NCBI GenBank assembly: GCA_030704615.1
Contig: CM060734.1
Span: 37,820,001-37,884,000, forward strand
DNA length: 64,000 nucleotides
Direction: 5' to 3'
Source: Takakia lepidozioides
Taxonomy: Eukaryota > Plantae > Bryophyta
The position numbers and the translations under genes are program-made. Of this stretch, positions 1 to 11,821 are shown one piece after another. The notes beneath the pieces were generated by a model that saw only the letters and a program-made list of their open reading frames with translations, was not told the origin of the DNA and searched no databases. Each line of letters begins with the position of its first letter. The stretch's first letter is position 1.

Positions 1-2145
1 TGGGATCAAAATAGATGACAGAAAGGTGAGGGCGATCTTGGACTAGGAGCCTCCGACTTCGGTCCTGGGAGTGCGATCCTTCCTAGGACTCACCTCCTAT
101 TACCGAAAGTATGTGAGAAATTTCGCCAAGATCGCGGGGCTGCTGTTAGACCTTCTATGTAAGTCCAAGGTATGGGTATGGAACACTTTTTGTGGCCAAG
201 CTTTTGCCGAGTTGAAGTAGTGGATGGTGGAAGCTCCAGTCTTGAAAATCTCGGAGTTCAACCGTCCATTTGAGATTCATACAGATGCGTCGGATTTCGC
301 AATTGGGGGTGTGCTCATGCAGGATGGACGTCCAGTGGCTTACGAAAGTAAGAAACTGAATGAAGTGGAGCGACGGTGGCCTACGCACGAGAAAGAAGTG
401 AAGGCGGTGGTGCATTGCCTTGAGCTTTGGCGCCACTATGTTGGTTCCAACCCGGTGAAGGTGTTCACGGACAATGTCGCGGTGAAGTATTTTGCCACGC
501 AGCCTAAGTTGTCCCAAAACAACTTAGGTGGCAAGACACTTTGGCAGTGTTCGACGTGGATATCCAATACAAACCGGGATGGGACAATGTGGTGGCCGAT
601 GCTTTAAGTAGAAAGCAGTAGCTCATGTTGGTGTACAGGGGCGAGACGGCGCTCCAAAAGAAGCTCCGGAAGGCTTACCGGAAGGATGAGATGGCGAAGT
701 CCGTGATGCGGGACTTGAGAATGGGAGTTAAATTTCCACTTGCACAATGGACTGCTCTGGTACAAGCAAAAGCACGTGCCGAAGGGAGGGATCAGAGATA
801 GTCTCTTGAGAGAATGCCACGATGGTTCGCTTGCGGGCCACGGCGGAGCCAAATGCACCGCAACGCTATTGAAGAAAGAGTATTTTTAGCCCAAACTGAG
901 GGAGGAGGCCAAGGAGTATGTCAAGACATGCACCACATGCCAACAAAATCGGAGCGAGTACAAAAAGCAAGCGGGAATTTACAACCCTTGCCGATTCTAA
1001 AGGGGTCTAGGGAAAGTGTCTCGATGGATTTCATGACTGCTATGCCGCTGTCAAAAGGATTCAATGCAATCATGGTGGTAGTGGATAGGTTCAGTAAAAT
1101 GGGCCATTTCATTCCCACTAAAGAGACGGCAACGGCGCAGGAGACGGGGCGACTTTACTTCACCCACATCTTCAAGCATCATGGACTCCCGAAGGATGTT
1201 GTCTCGGACCGCGATCCAAAGTTTACAAGTAAATTTTGGAGAGCACTTTGGAAGAAAATGAGGACGAGGCTCAAGATGAGCACCGCCTTCCGACCTACGA
1301 CGGGCGGCCAAACGGAAAGAGTGAATTCCATGGTGAAGCAGATCTTGCGGAATTATATGTCGGGAGACCAATCAGACTGGGTGGAGCACTTGGATGCGGC
1401 AAAGTTCTGTTATAATAACACAAAACACTCCGCAACTGGAGTTTTCCCTTTCGTATTGGTCTATGGAAAAGCACCTCTTGTGCCGACAAGTTGGGCCGCC
1501 CAGGACGTTGAGGAACCGTCAACAGCAGCGGTGCTGGAAGAATGCGAGCGTTTGTTGGAGCTCGTAAAGTACAACATTGCCAAAGCTAGGAAACGGTATG
1601 AACGACAGACAAATCGGAAGCGGAGGGAAATTAAGTTTGAGGCAGGCACGGAGGTCTGATTGAACATCAAGAATTTTTGACTACCTCCGGAAGTGAGTCC
1701 GAAGTTCGTACCTCCGTATGTAGGGCCCTTTTACATCCGGAAGGTTATGAATGAGGATGTGTATGAATTTGAGCTGCCGGCAAACAGCAAGGTGCATCCG
1801 GTATTCCACGTCTCCATTTTGAAGCCTTACTTCAAAGATGAAGCACGTCCGAATCGGCATCAAGTGTTGCGTCCGCCACCTGTGCTGTTGGATCATGAAA
1901 ATGAACCTGAGTACGAGGTGAAGACAGTGCTTAAGTCGAAGAGGTTCAAGAATCGAGAAACGGAGTATCTCGTGAAATGGAAGGGCTATCATCAAGTGGA
2001 GGCAACTTGGGTGCGTGCCTCAGAAATGGGAAACGCATCCGAGGCGGTTGAAGCTTTCGAGGGCGACCTCAAAAGCGGAAGAAGCGTTGATGGGGACATC
2101 AACCTTGGATCATGGGGGAGGAAATGCATGCTTAGTCCGGCTTAG
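1..2145 (+). mobile_element. Ty3/gypsy chromovirus pol 3' half (end of RT, RNase H, integrase, chromodomain), degenerate, Galadriel-like
   Basis: ORF pieces: RNase H (FEIHTDASDFAIGGVLMQDGRPVAYESKKL), integrase (SMDF...VVVDRFSKMGHFIP...VVSDRDPKFTSKFW...GQTERVN), GPF/VHPVFHVS motif and chromodomain (EYEVKTVLKSKR...EYLVKWKGY...ATW). Several stops and frameshifts; cut off by the window start. Confidence 0.95.
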
Positions 2146-3719
2146 CTAGCTCAGGAATCCGATTGCAAAAACTTATGTTGCACAAATTTTGTTTATAATG
2201 AAATGGTCTCCAAATGTTGTGCTTCCTATTTTGTTTGGAATGGTGATGCCTGGTATGGTTGGCTAGTGTGTAGAATGCATGCTAGCTTACAAAAGTGGGA
2301 GAGGTAAATTGGATTAATCGTGTGTTTACGCAGTGCCAAAATCGGGTGACTCCCATCTAAGGGGCAAAGAAACTTGCGCCTTCTTTGGGAGTTCACGTGC
2401 TAGTGCGCACCTGGCGCGTGCGCGTACTATAACTGCGCTCACAAGGGGGTTGTCTTTGTGTGCGGATTAACACGGAAGCTACATGCTTCCATTCACGTAT
2501 TATAATCGTGTAACCTCGGGACGAAGTCGTAGTGCGGCTTCGGCGTGTTCCCGTACCTCAGGCCAGCATTCCAAGGCGAACCCAATTGTAGTGATTGGGG
2601 CGCGCGGTTGGTTCAAGGTTATCTTCTTAGTAAAAAAAGGTCAAGGTGAACCCTTGCTCAAGGTGATGCCAAAAGCGGCATCATGAGCGGTCGCAAGCAA
2701 TGTTGTTGCAGTTAGGCGATTTGATCCTCGGGGAGGATCATTCCTTGGTCTTGAAGTGGGCCAAGAAGAGTGCACTGGGTGGAGCTTGAGAGGCTCCACC
2801 CTTGGCCGGAACTTGAAGGAAGTCGGCCGAACTAGCTAGTGGAGAGTAGAGTCAAGTGGGGGTTTGGTTCTTTGCCATGGGACGCCATGGTATAGAAACA
2901 AACTCCTTGATGTAGGACGCCACAACTTGGATGTTAGTTTCTACAAAATGGATAAGTCGATGATGACATCGACTCCCTGTTGGTGGGGGTGTGTGTCGCG
3001 GCCCTTTGCCTTGAGGGTAGGGGGTCGGGACACGAGAGGGTTGCCCTTGTGGTGGGGGCAGTGGCAACAATAGGTACGGGCGCCGAAGCATCCTTGAGTG
3101 CCCAAGACACTCAAGGAGGCGGAGGCGCTTACTAGGTGGAGCCCCGCACACCGGGTTGCGGTGGGGGTGGTTCCACGAGGGGTGATGGTAGCTTAGTGGG
3201 TCTTAGTGGGGGTGACATAGGACTCACCATGGGGCGGAGACCTTGTGGTGGGAGTCGTGGGGAGTCTTGGGACTCATCACGGTCCAATGGGGCTGTGGGG
3301 GGTGGGCCAAGACTCACCGCGACTCATCACTCGGGAATGGAGGGTCTTCGTGGTGGTTCGCCATAAAATGACTAGGTTGTTTGTGAAGCCCCCGCAGACA
3401 GTCACAGAAGTATATATAGGGAGTAGTAACCCCGAGAACGGTGCAAGCCTGTTGGTGATCAAAAACTAGTGAGTAAGCGTGCGAGCCGGAAAGCGACCAA
3501 GGTGTGGGGAGCTGTTCCGGACTGCCAACAACCAAATGGAATTTCCACTAGGCCCAAATTGAGCGAGGGTCTGGTGGAGGAGTAAAGGGGGACCGTTATG
3601 TCCCGGTGAGTAGCCAAAACTCCGAGTTGGCCAGCGGCCAGTTTGGGAGTTAGGCGCGCGCATCAAAGCGAGTAACTATGACCTGAAAGGGAGCTTACCG
3701 AAGTGAGGTGCGCGACACA
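2125..3719 (+). repeat. Probable 3' LTR of the chromovirus
   Basis: A polypurine tract GGGGGAGGAAA (2114-2124) is followed directly by TG. A GC-rich non-coding block ends ...GCGCGACACA at 3719, where composition switches to AT-rich. The 5' LTR is outside the window, so the ends cannot be confirmed. Confidence 0.6.
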
Positions 3720-6700
3720 TTTCAATCAATCAAATTACAGATATGCTGTCTGTGAGACTTTTCTAAGCAGCTGCAAATGCACATAATGAAGATTAAGTGG
3801 TAACTTCCAGCACAAACCACATATACGATCAGGAACAAAGAAAATTTCATGAAGCCAACTCCCTCCCAATTGTGCCTATCAGCCCTTATAACACTGGCGG
3901 GCCTCAATTGTGTATGATCGCTCCCAAGCATTGAGTACAACTAAATAATTCATAATTAGTTCCCGGGAACTAACCATTCACTTCATTGAATTCACATGCT
4001 GTCATGACCGATATCCAGCCCCCTCCACCCTAGAGAAACGACAAAAATATGCCCCTCTTATCCTCGTCATCCGCTAGCGTGGGTGGCGCACCGGCCCCCT
4101 ATCAGTTATCATAGCCGGTACTAGAGGTGGGATTCATACCGCCAGTATAAACGCGCTACACGACAATTTTAAAATCCCTATCTCCCCGATCCACAAATGC
4201 TTTAAAGCTATCCACCTCACTACGCTTCGCTCCCTCACTGCCATCATCACCAATAAACGACAACTCGAGTCCAACCCCTCTGCGGTACCCCCGGGTACCC
4301 TAGGCACCGCTACCCTATTTACTACCTCCCCTTGGTTATTCGCCTATTTTCTTTATAGGGCCACCCCCGAAAAGAGGCAGTAGCTGTAAGGCGAAGTGGC
4401 TCTTAGTTATGCCAGCTTTGGCCGGAGTCTTATCTCTTTTCCTAATTAGTTTTATTGTTGGTAACTGTTCATACTTCTCACTATCGGTGGTAGCTGTTCA
4501 TACTTTGATATTGTTGGTATTATAGTGTTATACATCCTAACCCCACATTTGATTATTTAATGATTTCATTCAAAATAACAATAATTTTATTATTTTAGAT
4601 ATTCAAGTGAATGCTACTGATCATTTGACAATGCAAAATTAAAAATAGGAAATGTAGCTCTAAGTTTGATGCTCTTGGTGAGCCGTTGTCTTCTTTGGAT
4701 TTAGCCATTTTGTCCTATCATGCTTTCTGAATTCGCCTTGGATGTTTGTACTGTGTTCTATAGTACCTTGACTGGCAGTCGTCTCTCACAAGAGAAGAGA
4801 CGTTGTCAACGCCGCCATCTAAGAATACCCCTTATAGTGCATTTGTCACTATCCTCGTTATATGTGGCACATATATCAAGCATAAAATTAATAACGTGCC
4901 CACCAATCTGAAAAATGTTGATGTCCAACCTTTTTACAGAAGAGGTCATACTGGAGAAATCATTGCTGCTCTTCTCGGTTGGAATGAAGATTGTTAACAC
5001 TATACTTAGCTCTGTCTCCTCCAAACAAGACACTGATGCTTTCTTGTCTTTTGAATATATCTCTTATCTCGTCCCTTTCCTTGACTCCAATAGAAATGAT
5101 GATCGACTCTGGTAATTAGCATCTAAGTGGATTATGTTTCTCCCATCTTCTTTTTTACTGAAGAACTGCCCTAGAACTGCATTGTAGTAGAATATCTCGT
5201 GTTCTTGTGGAATTAGACGCTATTGATGATTTTAGATGTCTGCCAACAATTGTGTTGGTGTGATGTTCAAATAGAGCATCCCCACCCTACACTGAACCCA
5301 GCACTCAATGGAATATTAGGGTATATAGTTTCAAGGTGGGCGGGAACGTCCACACCCTTGCCTTGAACCCTAAATCCCATAAAAAGTGGGCACTGAATAT
5401 CGTTCCCTGCCCTGAACCCGAGCGCATTCAAGGCCCTGAACATGCCCATGCGTGTCAGCATCTTGGCAGCGACCATGCCCCTTCCTACCAAAGGGAGCCG
5501 AGGTGCACTGGGGATAGCGTGGGCAATTCAGGGACAAGGGTGTGCGCGAGTCGGGGCTGCCTCGCCACAGAACCCCACAGGCCCTGAATCGATCAGGTTA
5601 TTTTGGCGTTACAGGGAGTCTGTCGGGCTCAAGGGTGGGGATGCTTTTAGGAAGGCAAGGCCAACAAAACTGTTTTTTCCATATGTAGAGAACAAGACCT
5701 GCAACCATTGCTAGGGGGCAGGTAGAGTATAAGTAGGGGGAGAATGTGATTGCATAAACTCAAAAGACAGATAAGAGCGTTTTGTAGCTCGGTCACTGTG
5801 TTTTGTGCCAAACATCCAGCCAAAGACTTTTACAACTACCATTTTTAATTTAGTTCAAAACATTTAAACAGTTGGCTGTGAAAAGAGATTGGATGCCACC
5901 AATGAGTAAAAAAGATTTCTTCCTTTTCTTTCTACTTCTTCCCATTGGCGGTCCGGCCAATTTTCAAGGCTGGGCTACATAGATACATAATAATAAACAA
6001 AGCTAATTATCCATTATTAATTGTTTAACCAAAAAAACACAACTTTGGCATTTTAACCTTAGCTTGTATTTCAGCATTGATAATTGTTCAGTTGTACAGA
6101 TTTCGGACAAGTTCTTCTTTGGCACTGGCTGCTGTACATGATGAATAGTGATCTCCATCCTCCAAATTGGTATCCCAATGGAGCAGTGCAAGATGGAGGA
6201 TGCTGCAAACCAAGTACACCTATAACAAAATGACCCTACATATGGCTGCAGTTTTGTAATTCCCAAGAGAGCGAGCTACCAAAGCTACCAAAAGTTCGAA
6301 GAAAATGGAAGTATTATTACATGCACCCAACACAGTACAAGACACCTGCAATGAGGTTGCATCATGAGTTCACAAAGCTCCCCATAAAGCTTACAAATAC
6401 GACACTTATTGCCCCACTATGCCTCACATAAGAACTTGCTTTTCATGTGCCCAACTCCTCTCTAAGGCAGGGGCATGCAACAAATCGATTTACCGTACCA
6501 GAACCTAGCAGCCTTACCCAAACAGACCTGATGCCAAAGTCAACAGGCAAAAGACAGAGGCAAGGCAGCCCCTTTACATTAGTTCCTTTATTCGCGAACG
6601 AAATGTCAATTAATGTGAGAGTACAAAGAGAGGCAAGACCCTCCTCCAATGAGGAGTGCTGGGACTCGCACCTTCCTAGATCACAAGAACCAACTTGAAG

Positions 6701-7460
6701 AGTAAAGGCATGTAGCCACAGTCTATCATGGCAAGTAGGGAGCAAACTTATTGTACTGGAACAAATTCGCTTGAGAAATTAACAAGGTCTTTCCCTATTA
6801 CAGGCAGAAGTTGCAGGTAAGTCCTTGATTACAACTCCCTTGAAAAGGGGAGACAGATGGCTGACCTGCAAAGTATGCCTGTAGTAAGATCAAACGGAAT
6901 CTCCTCCCCACAGAGCTCCCCACATTACTTAAAATGTTGTGTTAGGGAGGAATTTATGGAGAAATCTCACTACGGGACTGGACAAATATGACCATTTTCC
7001 CCTTCCACATTATGTCGTCACAGGGTCCTCATCATGTGCTCCCCAGGTGTGTCCAACCTGTGCAAAAGTGCTACTTGGGAAGCAACACATACTTTGCTTG
7101 GATCCCAAAACCTTGGACGGAGTGGAAAGTTTAGCCTCTTCAGCATTTACTGATCATCTCCATATCTATCACCGATTGGTTAACAAACTTCGGCATGGAC
7201 TCCAGTGGGGTCATGAAGGCAGGCACAGGAGGACAGAGAAAGGCTAGTAATGTGGGGCCTCTGGAAAGAGTATACCCCTGCACTCACCTGGCCTGGCAGT
7301 GCTCTCTCTATGCGATTGCAGGTGTCTGCACTCTGAATCACACGCTATATTATGACAGATGCTCGGAAGGACATAAAATACACTGTTGCCATTGCTGAAC
7401 CCTCAAGAATTTACTGTTAGCTTTGGAGGTGGGACATAGACCTGACCTGAGCCACTCCAG

Positions 7461-9371
7461 TTATGACAGGCTGGAATTGCTACGAGAATGTAAAGCTGAA
7501 AGTCTTTGACGCATATGATCACTGGCTACGTTTGGGTGCTCTGCAACACTTCCAGGAACATGGCTCACTGGAGCCCATAGCTTGCAACTCAATGCTTTGG
7601 AGATCGTATTAAAGGGCCCCTTTGCTTTATGCAGTTCTCCAATCTCTTGCCTCATACTGTTGCACTCACGTTCCAGCTCACTCACTCGTGACAGCATCTT
7701 GTCCATGTCACCCTTCAGTACTTGATTTTCACGTATCACATTCGCCCATCCCTCCCCTCCACGCATGGCTGCCTGAGTTGGCCCTCCCTCACCCATCGTA
7801 CTTGGCCTTGCTGGCCGAGGTGGGTGATCATTGTCAGCAACAAGAAATGAACCTGCAATGGCAGTCCGGAGCTGGAGCTGCTCGAAGAAAAGAACTTGCA
7901 CAACAACGCGCAGTGGCAATCTCTCATTCTGGGCTGCATGTGTGCATGCCTCCAAAGACAACTTTTGGCAATCCATCACCTTACAGACTCGCTCCCTCTC
8001 TTCTTCTGATAGCCATGGATGGGCCTTTAGATAAATATCAATAGCCCTGTACAGTCCATCATCCAGAAGCCTGGAGTAGTCAGGCAACGCCTCTGCCAGA
8101 GACTGGAATTTGATGGGCTTCAAATTGACATCAGGTGCGACCTCAGCAAGGTAGGCATCTAGCAGTTTGGCCACCCTCATAATAGGAGTCAGTGATGGAG
8201 AGCCCAAAAGAATACCCTCTGCATCTGATCCAGGGGGCGAATTCTGCTCCAAAAGTAAAAAGTGGTCCAATATCCGCTGGACTACCTCAATTTCATAGAG
8301 AGTCTCCTCAGCACACGAGAGGTTGGGAATTAGCAATTCATCCAATGTTGCCTGTTCCAACTGCATCCCTATTCTCCTCTCCAAGTTACTCTTACACCTT
8401 GCGCTTGCATTCAGTAGCATTGCCAACCGCAATAGTCCAACCAAAAACCAGCTTGATGCCACACCTTTCTGCACTGGCAAGAGATTCTCAATTGTTTCCA
8501 ACATAAAGCGTTGCTCGTTCTCCAAGGGAACTGTTGTGATAGGAACAATGGCAGACCTGTTGCCTTTGTCTCGGCCACTGTGCCTCCTGGGCAGGGGCAG
8601 TGATCTCTTAGCATAGTGCATGAGAGCTCCTGCAATACTTTCAGGTCTAATTCCTCTAGCTTTCATACCAAGGATCACTCTCTCAAAGAGAGACAAGCTG
8701 AGCCCTGACACATCCTCGTACCACCAATCAGTGCGGGCACTTCGGGCCCGCGCACCTGTGTTAATCCCATTCCATAGCACGCTCCCACCAGGACTTTGTA
8801 AGGAGCCATGGTGGTCGAGCATGGGCCAACCAATCAAAGAAGGATCTGTGCTCGCCTTCACACAAATAGAGTGGACCAGCTTCTCCACCAATCCCAACTC
8901 TTCCGCCAGAAAAATTGAGAATCTGCAACTCTGTAGCGCACGCACTGAATCGGGCCAGCTCCGTAGAACCACCTGTTGAAGAAACGCTTCCGTCTTTGCG
9001 ATCAAATTGCCCTCCCCAAACTCCTCAGTCATTTCCAAGTATTCCGCTGCAGAGCGAAGTGCCACTACGTTGGTTGATGTCAATTCCACCTTCACACCAT
9101 AGCAGAACTTAGCTGCAAGTTCAAAAGCCTCGGTTCCCCCTGGCATCTCCCCAAGCTGGATCCGACAATCTCCCTCATCATCCTCATCCGGGACGTCTTC
9201 CACCAGCCTTGCAAGTCTCCCGCTCCTTGACACCAGAGGAAACTTGTGGAGATGGAAAGACATCTGCTCTAGTTCTATCACAATGTCACTTGGGAGCCCA
9301 GTTGTGCAGAACCAGGCTTGTCCTCTGCGTTGGAAGCCATCTGCCTTTGATCCCAGCTTCATAGACGCCAT
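7461..9371 (-). CDS. BTB/POZ-NPH3 domain protein (NRL family, At1g30440-like), 636 aa, single coding exon
   Basis: N-terminus MASMKLGSKADGFQRRGQAWFCTTGLPSD...FHLHKFPL (BTB), DWWYED, LERRIGMQLEQATLD, DGLYRAIDIYLKAHP, LSLEACTHAAQNERLPLR (NPH3 domain) and a C-terminal coiled coil. Confidence 0.97.
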   Translation of the reverse strand: MASMKLGSKADGFQRRGQAWFCTTGLPSDIVIELEQMSFHLHKFPLVSRSGRLARLVEDVPDEDDEGDCRIQLGEMPGGTEAFELAAKFCYGVKVELTSTNVVALRSAAEYLEMTEEFGEGNLIAKTEAFLQQVVLRSWPDSVRALQSCRFSIFLAEELGLVEKLVHSICVKASTDPSLIGWPMLDHHGSLQSPGGSVLWNGINTGARARSARTDWWYEDVSGLSLSLFERVILGMKARGIRPESIAGALMHYAKRSLPLPRRHSGRDKGNRSAIVPITTVPLENEQRFMLETIENLLPVQKGVASSWFLVGLLRLAMLLNASARCKSNLERRIGMQLEQATLDELLIPNLSCAEETLYEIEVVQRILDHFLLLEQNSPPGSDAEGILLGSPSLTPIMRVAKLLDAYLAEVAPDVNLKPIKFQSLAEALPDYSRLLDDGLYRAIDIYLKAHPWLSEEERERVCKVMDCQKLSLEACTHAAQNERLPLRVVVQVLFFEQLQLRTAIAGSFLVADNDHPPRPARPSTMGEGGPTQAAMRGGEGWANVIRENQVLKGDMDKMLSRVSELERECNSMRQEIGELHKAKGPFNTISKALSCKLWAPVSHVPGSVAEHPNVASDHMRQRLSALHSRSNSSLS

Positions 9372-11620
9372 TTTTGTAGCACCCTCTCTACTTTCGCCCT
9401 TGTGCTTTTCACTTGCCTAGCATCCACTCAGCTACGCAGGGCTTGCCTCTTCATCCCGTAAGTCCAAAACACGTGCATTGTTTTCCGGTTTCCTCGCTAG
9501 TGTTCCTTCCCACATTTTCTGTCCCAAGCTCCTGGTGAAGCTGGTCTGAAGATAAGCACACCTGGCTGAGAAAAAAAGACTTATTCCAAGTCTGTAGGGT
9601 TTTGGCTAGATGTCCTCGGACTTCCGTGACAGAAAGTGCAGAGTACTGAGAAGTTTAGGTCACTGTTGGCCATGTACAAGGACTGACAGAGGACCAGGCA
9701 GCAGAGCCTACATAAATCATTGTGAGAGAGTAGTGCACCAAACAAGGTAAAGACGATACGTCAGCCAGTGACCTTCAAAACGGCGGGTGGCGACTATCAG
9801 TTTTCTCTTGTCTGATTCCCAGAACAACACTTAACTGAGTAGCTTCTAATGTGCGAAGGAGAAAAGCGCAGTCGAATATCTCTACATACAGTGGACGAGA
9901 ACAAGATAGATAGCAACCAGGATTTTCTCCTGCAGACGACGTGGGGTGGTTCTCGCATTTACATTAGAACTTTCAAGTGTGGAAGTAAAGCTCCACTAGC
10001 AAATCACTGGAAGAAATATGGTTCGGCTGTGTGCGAATCGCTAACGCAAGGACCACCAACCTGCTTATGTATGTACAATATAGGCCTTAACAGAAACACT
10101 GAGGTATAATGTCTAGACAAGACTGAGGCAAGGATGATGGCACGCACATGAAATGATAAATTTTCTCTATCTGCATCTTGTCAGACAGAGTCGTGACTAA
10201 CAACCACTAACGGAATGAAGTACACTAGCACTTCATATGATGAGGAAACAAAGACAGATATACCCAGGACTCCATTTCGACACAGGAACAAGGTAAGAAA
10301 AAAGGAGGTAGGACTCTCTATCTACCGATAATCAATGTTCCAGCGAGAACCTGATACCCCGAGCACGCAAATGGAACTCACAACTAGAATTACTTCGAAT
10401 TCTGACTGCGAGAATAAGATATACATGCTTCCTACACTAGCATTCCCATCTCCCAATCTGATCTCCCGACTCCTCTCAGAAACCTCATCATATGCCTCCT
10501 CCACAGCATGGATCCTAGCTAAAGGCAAAAAGAGAAAGCATGGCCTGGATGCGGCCGTTTTAATAGCCAAAACCGCCGAAACAATCATAGAACGAGATGA
10601 TAGACGAGATTTTGGAAGGGAAAGGCCTCCCTCCTGCTCTCCTGCAGGCAATCTGAATGCGAGCATCCGCCATCCTCAGCAGCAGCGCAAGCAGCTCCAC
10701 AACGCAGCGCGGTACCAACACGGCAATCCCAACAAGATGGCTTGAATGCTGCCCAGCAGTCCTTTCTGCCAGCTGTCCCCTCTCTATTGGGGTCACTGGT
10801 TGGAGATAGGCCAAATTTGTAAATGCGCCATGTGGCACTCGTTGATTGACAGAACCTCTGCACCCGTCGCGGTATTGCTTTTCGCAATGCGGCTCAGAAA
10901 ATAGCATCCTATGATGAGTGCCTGCAGCCTTGATGTTTTATATATGTATTTGATTTATTTCTTGAAAGAATTTTATGAATTAAAGTGCTCTATCTGTTTT
11001 TATTTGTTTTTAATTTATTCTATTGAAACAGTGAATTTCTCACTGGCTACCTGCAGGAGAAAATCATCTTCAAGTCGATGGAATTAATTAATAAATGATT
11101 TCATTGGGAAAAAAAGGATTTTCCAAACTACTAAAATGTAGCCTTTAGGTAGTTGGTCTTGCGCCTCTTTATACATTTCATTTCCTTTTTATCTACATAT
11201 ATACATGTTAATACATTTTCTTTTTTTAAACGAAATGTTTTATTGTAATTTTATTTAACTGGATTCATTCAAAACAACATTAAACAACTATTTGAATTTT
11301 GCAGCTGTAATTTGCAGCTGTAATGAAAGCTGTTGGTGTAAAGGGGTTTTCTCGTTTTCTACCATTTGCTAGTAAATGCTCCCTAGGCGGATTAATTACC
11401 ATTTATTTTCCCTCGCTTTGAATAAATTAAAGGACTTCTCCAAAATAGAAGAGTCACTGTTGCTGCTCCCCGCTTTCAAGTTCCCTCGCCCTCTGGTAAA
11501 TTGGTCCAGTTCTTATTGACCATTTTCCATTTCTTCCTTGTCCCTTTCTCAAAAGAAAAGCAAAAAGCAAAGAAATCAAACAAACCTGGCAACTACGGAA
11601 AGACATTAAAGTATGTTATC

Positions 11621-11821
11621 ACCAGTCACTAGCTCAGCTGGATAGTGCACCGAGTGCCAGCCAGATGATTCTGGGGTCAAATCCTGCTACCTTGTCGGGT
11701 ATGGTATTATGTTCCTCTCCCCCTTCCCTTGGGCGGTGTCCGTTGAGCAACACTGTGAAAGAGGTTATTTTCTCCAATTAAGGAGCCTGACTTGTGAGCC
11801 GACCATTTAAAAATAAATAAA
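11621..11821 (+). mobile_element. tRNA-derived SINE with 13-bp TSD
   Basis: A-box-like TAGCTCAGCTGG (11630-11641), B-box-like GGGTCAAATCC (~11674-11684) and an A-rich tail (AAAAATAAATAAAAAA). Flanked by the exact direct repeat AAAGTATGTTATC (11608-11620 and 11822-11834). Confidence 0.88.

Noticed and set aside
2483-3666. Numerous short ORFs
   Set aside because: They lie in the GC-rich putative LTR and have no domain motifs.
11621-11695. Possible tRNA gene
   Set aside because: No complete cloverleaf; the body, A-tail and TSD indicate a SINE.
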